Below the pieces are notes generated by a model that made no database searches, had not been told where the DNA came from, and saw only the letters and a program-made list of their open reading frames with translations. A stretch of DNA of 59,230 bases, counting the filler, from Platydemus manokwari (lineage: Eukaryota): the NCBI GenBank assembly GCA_037951405.1. It is 5 parts of 5 records of this genome, joined end to end, with 100 filler letters (N's around TTAATTAATTAA, not from the genome) between each part and the next. Parts side by side here need not be neighbours in the genome. Positions count along the whole stretch, not along the records: positions 48,660 to 59,230 come from JBBMOY011123219.1; 4 more parts are not named here. The stretch is one strand, 5' to 3'. Below are positions 53,351-59,230 of this stretch, piece after piece; position 1 is the stretch's first letter; each line of letters begins with the position of its first letter. The position numbers and the translations under genes were made by a program.

Positions 53351-56300
53351 GAGGAGGAAGTGATGAATTTGATGAATATCTATTCCTGTAAATCTATTAT
53401 TAATTTTCTTCTTGAACTTCCCAATGACACAATTAAATCAATATCTTAAATGGATTGTAACCGTTAATATAATGTCTACCATGTTTGAAAGTAAATACAA
53501 TAATGTTTCTTGAAGATTTTAGTCTTGATGCGTGTTTCAGGTGATGGCCAATAGTTTCAAAATCATAATTAACTGCAGCACCGAACTGATTGAGTAGTGA
53601 ATTTTTAAAGTACTTCTAAATTTGAAAAATTTTTCTTGTTTTCTGCTTATGTTGTAAGCTTGAAAATTCTTTTGTGCTTCTTATCAATGTAGTTACCAGT
53701 CTGTGTACCAGAGTGTGATGTCGGCTTTTTCCTTTATATGCTTTATTTATATTTTCTATTTTATTTATGTTTAGGAACCCCACGAAAATAGCTTACAGTC
53801 GAGAACAAATTAAAACACAAAATCAATAAATAATTTTTTCCGAATTTCTTGAAAATGTGGACTTAATCGACTTTGTTGCTATGGAAGATATTAAGACTCA
53901 TTTATTTTGTATTTATATACACTTTACCGAGTTTTTTGAGTGCCTTTAAAAAACCTCTTGAATACAAGAAATGGAATTTTCATTTCAACAACAGAAGATA
54001 TTTGCTATGCAGAAAGTAGAAACTTACAATTTAAAACAAGAAATAATTTTATAAGGATTTTTCTGTTTTTGATATTTTCATGAATAGCTTAGACTGCGGT
54101 AATGAAATAAGCCATTGGTTCATTATCTGATTTAAATCTTGACTCTTGATAAGAGAAAACATAAAATTGGATGTCGAAAGTGAAACAGTCACGGTAGATC
54201 TTAGAAGATAGCTAAGATGTGAATGGCAGCTTGAAACTCTTCGCTAACCAGAGATAGCTCACCACGAGGTTACTGTGTGATCGCTATGGCCTGCCAAATT
54301 AAAATAACAGTAAAATATCAAAAATTAAGAAATATACAACCGACAATCGTTATATAGAGATTTCTTGATTCATCCGGGTTCTTTTATCCTTTAATTTTTA
54401 TAAAGGAGTCAAATAATTCAAAGAATCCAAAGAAGTCCTAATGAAAGAAATGCTGTGAATAGATCATAATTTTAGTGATATCTCCATTAAATATGTTTAT
54501 ATCGATTCATCAATGACGTAGCTTGGCAAGTCGATGCAATTAAGTCAGTAAAATTAAATTATATCCCACTCGTATAAAATATATGAAATAAGAACTTTTA
54601 AATCTATGATTACGTACTTGATATCATAATATTGACACCGATGGATCATTCAATTGTTCTGCTATGCATTAAAACAAAGCATTCTGATTTTGCGACTCAA
54701 TATTTTCTTAGGTCAAAAATTACCAACCGCCTCTCCTAGTTAGATGTTTAAAAATTCAATTCAACAATTAAAAACCAAATATTATAAATAATCATTATAT
54801 TTCAATAATAATCGATAAATTAACTAAGCTCTCAACGATTTATTGATTTGTTATGTTGTTTTTATTATTTTATAATTCATATTGATAGGAGATATTATGA
54901 GCATCTGAGCATTGTTAATAATGAATTATGAAGCTCAAAAAGTAGCTTTGAGGGCATCGCAAAAGGCACTTTTAAAAGACAGTAATATAAAAATGTAATT
55001 TTTTAAAACTTAAAATAATCAAATAAGAAAAAATAAAGGACAGACGCACAGTTGTCAAAATATAAAATGATAAATTAATCAATATAATAAGGATTCCAGT
55101 GTTACACCAACACGATCAAAAATTGAAATTGTTATTATAATCCAAATATATTGCTGGTGACATTCAACAACAATCGCCATGGCAACAATATCTATGTAGT
55201 TGATAATAATTTGCATAAATAATTTTTCAGGTCAATTTATTGTACATTGTTATTTGAATATTGATATAATTAGCATAAAGAAATAAATCGATAAAAGAAT
55301 CATTTGCTGTCATTAGAAGGTCTAGCAAAGACTTATCAACATTTAATTAAAACAACATATAAAAATATCATAATATTTGACAAATGTGGTAATTTTTGAT
55401 TTTCAGTTGTAGTACATCTCTGCTCATCACTATTTTTGTTCTGTCGCTAGCAGTTGCGTCATATGTGCGTCATTTGTCATTCAAATCCAAAGGATACGTT
55501 CTATAATTCCGAAGTTTATAACAGATATTTGATTGGGTTGAAGTGTTGTCAAATCTGTGATTATAATCGAAATATAAAATGAGATGCAGAGAATTAATGT
55601 TAAACTGGTAGTCATGATCTACCTCAAATGAATTATTTAATGAGAAGACAGAAAAAATTATAAAAGGAATAACAAAGTCAATTTCCTGCTTTTTCATCTC
55701 GGATATCCGAAAATGTTTTGGAAAATATTCCAAATGTATCCCCACAAATAGTTTTATCAATAATTAAACAATTATTATTTTGCCCTTGTGTTATATCTAT
55801 TTTTCTAAGATATTTCTACGAATCCAAACAAATCTATTTACATAACTAGATTTCTATTATAAACAAACAAGTACTTCCATAGGTTTGATGTCGTATAATT
55901 TGTATCAATATTAGATTAATAATTGATTGATTTGAATTATTTATATCAATTATAAATTGAACATTATCCCCCATCTGTTGTATTGTTCTAACTTATCTTT
56001 GAAATCTATCATTCGCCTGTCCAACAAAATTGTAAGATCAGTGAATGATAGAAAAATAATCTTGTTGAGAAAAGAGAATCACATATTATCTGGAAAGTCT
56101 TTTAACTTTTAATTATCTAAGTGAATTGATTAGAAATCGATAATTTGTAGATTATAATTGATGAGCCGGATTAAACGTTGAAAAACTATCAGAAATAACA
56201 AGATAATTGAGTAACATTTGCTAGTTAAAAGATACAAAACACATATAAATAATACACCAAAAAGGTTGTGAGATGACAAAATACAATTTTAGCAGAGTGG

Positions 56301-56904
56301 ATACTTATAAAAGACAGACAATGTGCAATTCTTAGATAGAAATAATTTAGAGAACTCCTCTGTAATATTGGAGCAAAACCGTATAACAAGAACAAGACCT
56401 GTTCCATAAATTTGAAATATTCGGCCGAATATAGACGCGCATGATTTTATATTCACTAAAAGCTTGCTCCTAACCTGGATATGGTTACTATCCCTTTGCA
56501 AGGAATTCGCAGAAAATTTTCATGTTATCAAATAGGGCATATACTTCTTGGAAATATTTCGCAACAATCACGCTTGGTAAAATGTTCGCCTTAATCTCGA
56601 GTTTTAACAATGAGTTGTGTGGTTTTTGCTTTAAAAATCCGCATCAGGTTCTGAGCTTTTAAAAGTATTTATGTCAAAAATGGAATTTGTTATTTTTAAT
56701 TCCTAAAGGATTAATTATTAACAAAGAGCTTGAATTTAATAGGTCAATGGGGGACGTCATTTGAGAAAACCAAGGAAAAATTCCGTGAAAAATCGAAAAG
56801 TGACAGAATAAAATATCGAAACAAATAAAAATAATTCCAAGAGAATTAACAACACTCGAAACTGACATAAAATACCTGCAAGCACAGCAGATATTGCACG
56901 TTTA

Positions 56905-57050
56905 AAGTTTGAGGAACAGAATATAGATCTCGAGAGCGTCCCAAGAAATTTACTCTAGAGAAGTTCAACTCATATTGTTAATGTGTTTAAGGACATTTGT
57001 GGCAAAATCTAAAGTAATTGTATCGGAAGCGAGTATTTACGAATTTGGAA
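56905..57050 (+). mobile_element. Probable RTE-like non-LTR retrotransposon RT relic
   Basis: KFEEQNIDLESVPRNLL*RSSTHIVNVFKDI resembles the RTE reverse-transcriptase segment KxxExNIDL[..KAFD]SVPRxxLW...IVxxIKD, with internal deletions. Confidence 0.45.
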
Positions 57051-59230
57051 ATATATTCAACGTACTAACGAAGCTATTTATACATTATTGTTTGTGATTG
57101 AATGAGGACGACTTATTGCGAAAATCTGCTTAACGAAAGGTAAACATGTAATTTTTATGTCTTCGAGAGCTTGCATTTCGAATCATTTCTGTAGCAATAT
57201 ATGCCAAAATCTATACATATATTTTAAAAAATGTTTTGTCGCCCATACACCCATGGTCTCAGCGTGGTAACATTTCCTTTTTTGGATAAAATTATCTGTA
57301 ATTGGTTGAGATAAATTAGTGGTTTGTATAAAATTTGTCTCTGACATTGATTATAATAAATAATTTCAAAATAAGGGAGCTTAGAATTACTAAGTTTCGT
57401 AATAATTGAGTTCAATGATATCTGTTTAGTTACAATTAATATTGATTATATAGCCAATAGCAATAAGGAGAGGTAGTTGCTAAAGTGAATCATAAAATAA
57501 TTTGATTTATAATGAGAGTAATTTTATTGATAGTGAGGTTGTTAGTAGTAGCAGATAAACTGAATATTTCCTTTTGCTGTTGAGTTGAAATAGATGCGCA
57601 CCGGAGGGGTTGAAACTGTACCGAACATGAGTGAATCTCAGCTATAGGAACCCTATGAACAGTGAGTTTCTGGTAAAGCGACAGAGAGCTCAATGTTTCA
57701 TTGCAAATTAGGTTTTCTAACGCGTTTGGGGAATCTTTGAAAATATGCGTAGGACATGCCGATAAATGAAAGCAACGATTGTGTGGAGATTTGCAAAAAT
57801 ATAACTGAGAGCTTTATGACGTTCTGTGAAGACCTAAGTAGGATTTTAATGGGAAAGCATCGAAAATGAAGAATCGATTTAATTACGCCCGACTCTGGTT
57901 CAGAAAAGTTAAAAAATGTCACGAGCACAACAAGTTATATGTTGAAATAGTGATGGCTAAGTAACATAAGTCTGTCAGCAGGTAGTTAAATAGATGAAAT
58001 ACACTTTCTTGGTCTCCAATGAGGACGGGCCTCTATCTAATAGGTAGACACATTCAAGTAATATTATTCGCAGGTATGTACAAATATAACCCGAAAATTG
58101 ACATTTTTTAAAAAAAAATTTAAGAATTTTTAAATCTTTCCACATTATATAAATGTCACGAATTTTAGATATCAGAACAAATCGAACAAATTGAGCGAAA
58201 CAATCAAATAGCATTCCAGTTAGCCAAATAAACATTGTAATAATTTAAATAAAATCAAAAGATTCTAAAAAAATAAATCAATAAATCACATTTATTTTGA
58301 AAAAGGAAAACATAGAACAATAAAAATTAATTCATCAAGCTGACAATGGAATCAAGAGTGGGATAAATACAGCAGTTCCATAAGAACAATTCATTGACAC
58401 GAAAGGAACAAATTAGAAGTTACCATCGAAGTGAATTTTGAGTTGATGAATAAAAATCTGAATTAATTCGATTTCGAGTTTAAATTAAAAGATATTTGGA
58501 GCAATCAAATGAATTTCTCTTTCAGTTGAAAACACTTTTCGTAAAGGTTGATAATATATTTAATTATTGGTTTAGACGATATTGATCTAGGATTTACGAT
58601 AATATTACATGCTAATATCTTTATGTTAAACCCTTAGATCAAAAAGGCTTTTAGTCATTCAGTGAAATTGCATATGCGGCCCAGGTTTGAGTTAATTATT
58701 GATTAAGGTTTGGTTGGGAGTTTCTTCTAAATAATTAATTAAATAAAATATTTTGGTTTCATTTAGCCGGATTGCATTATCTCAGAAATATGGGAAAGAA
58801 TCATTTGAATTTTTTACACAATTTTACACATTGATCGAAAGATTTATTTCTAGATTTTGATTGATTGCAGCAAAAATTATTTTGTGTTACATCGACATAT
58901 TCAATATATTATCTTTGGAATTCCACAGCCTTTCCTTGACCTATAAACCTGATTGAATCTACCTTGATTCATAAACAGTTTTAATCACAAGGGCCACCAC
59001 TGAATATATATTTACATGAGTTGGTATTCACATGATGAGTTCGATACGGACAAAATCAATTCCTCTGTTTCATTTAGCCCCAATCAATAAGTTTTCCATT
59101 AATTTGATGAATATATATTTATTAATATTTGAGTGACATTTGTGTCTCACAACTTATTGGGTGTATAACCTTAAAATTTCGATTTGATAAAAGATGTCGC
59201 TGGGAGTATTGCTTGCATATAATGTCGTAT

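Overview
This is AT-rich metazoan nuclear DNA with spliceosomal GT-AG introns, many only 43-51 nt long. It is not one locus: five unrelated contigs are joined by an artificial 100-nt spacer (N44-TTAATTAATTAA-N44) at 10343, 21984, 36491 and 48560. I could reconstruct four protein-coding genes, all on the minus strand. They are a 9-exon ANKRD6/Diversin/diego-like ankyrin gene, an intronless 522-aa protein made of two RING-plus-helical units, the 3' part of WDR19/IFT144 (cut by a gap), and a complete 6-exon CCT3. The rest is AT-rich spacer with decayed mobile elements: mariner fragments (often at contig ends), solo-LTR-like repeats, Ty3/Gypsy gag and pol relics, a probable RTE-like LINE relic and a MITE. 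I found no CRISPR array, RNA gene or multi-gene novel system. The best candidate for something undescribed is the duplicated-RING intronless gene.
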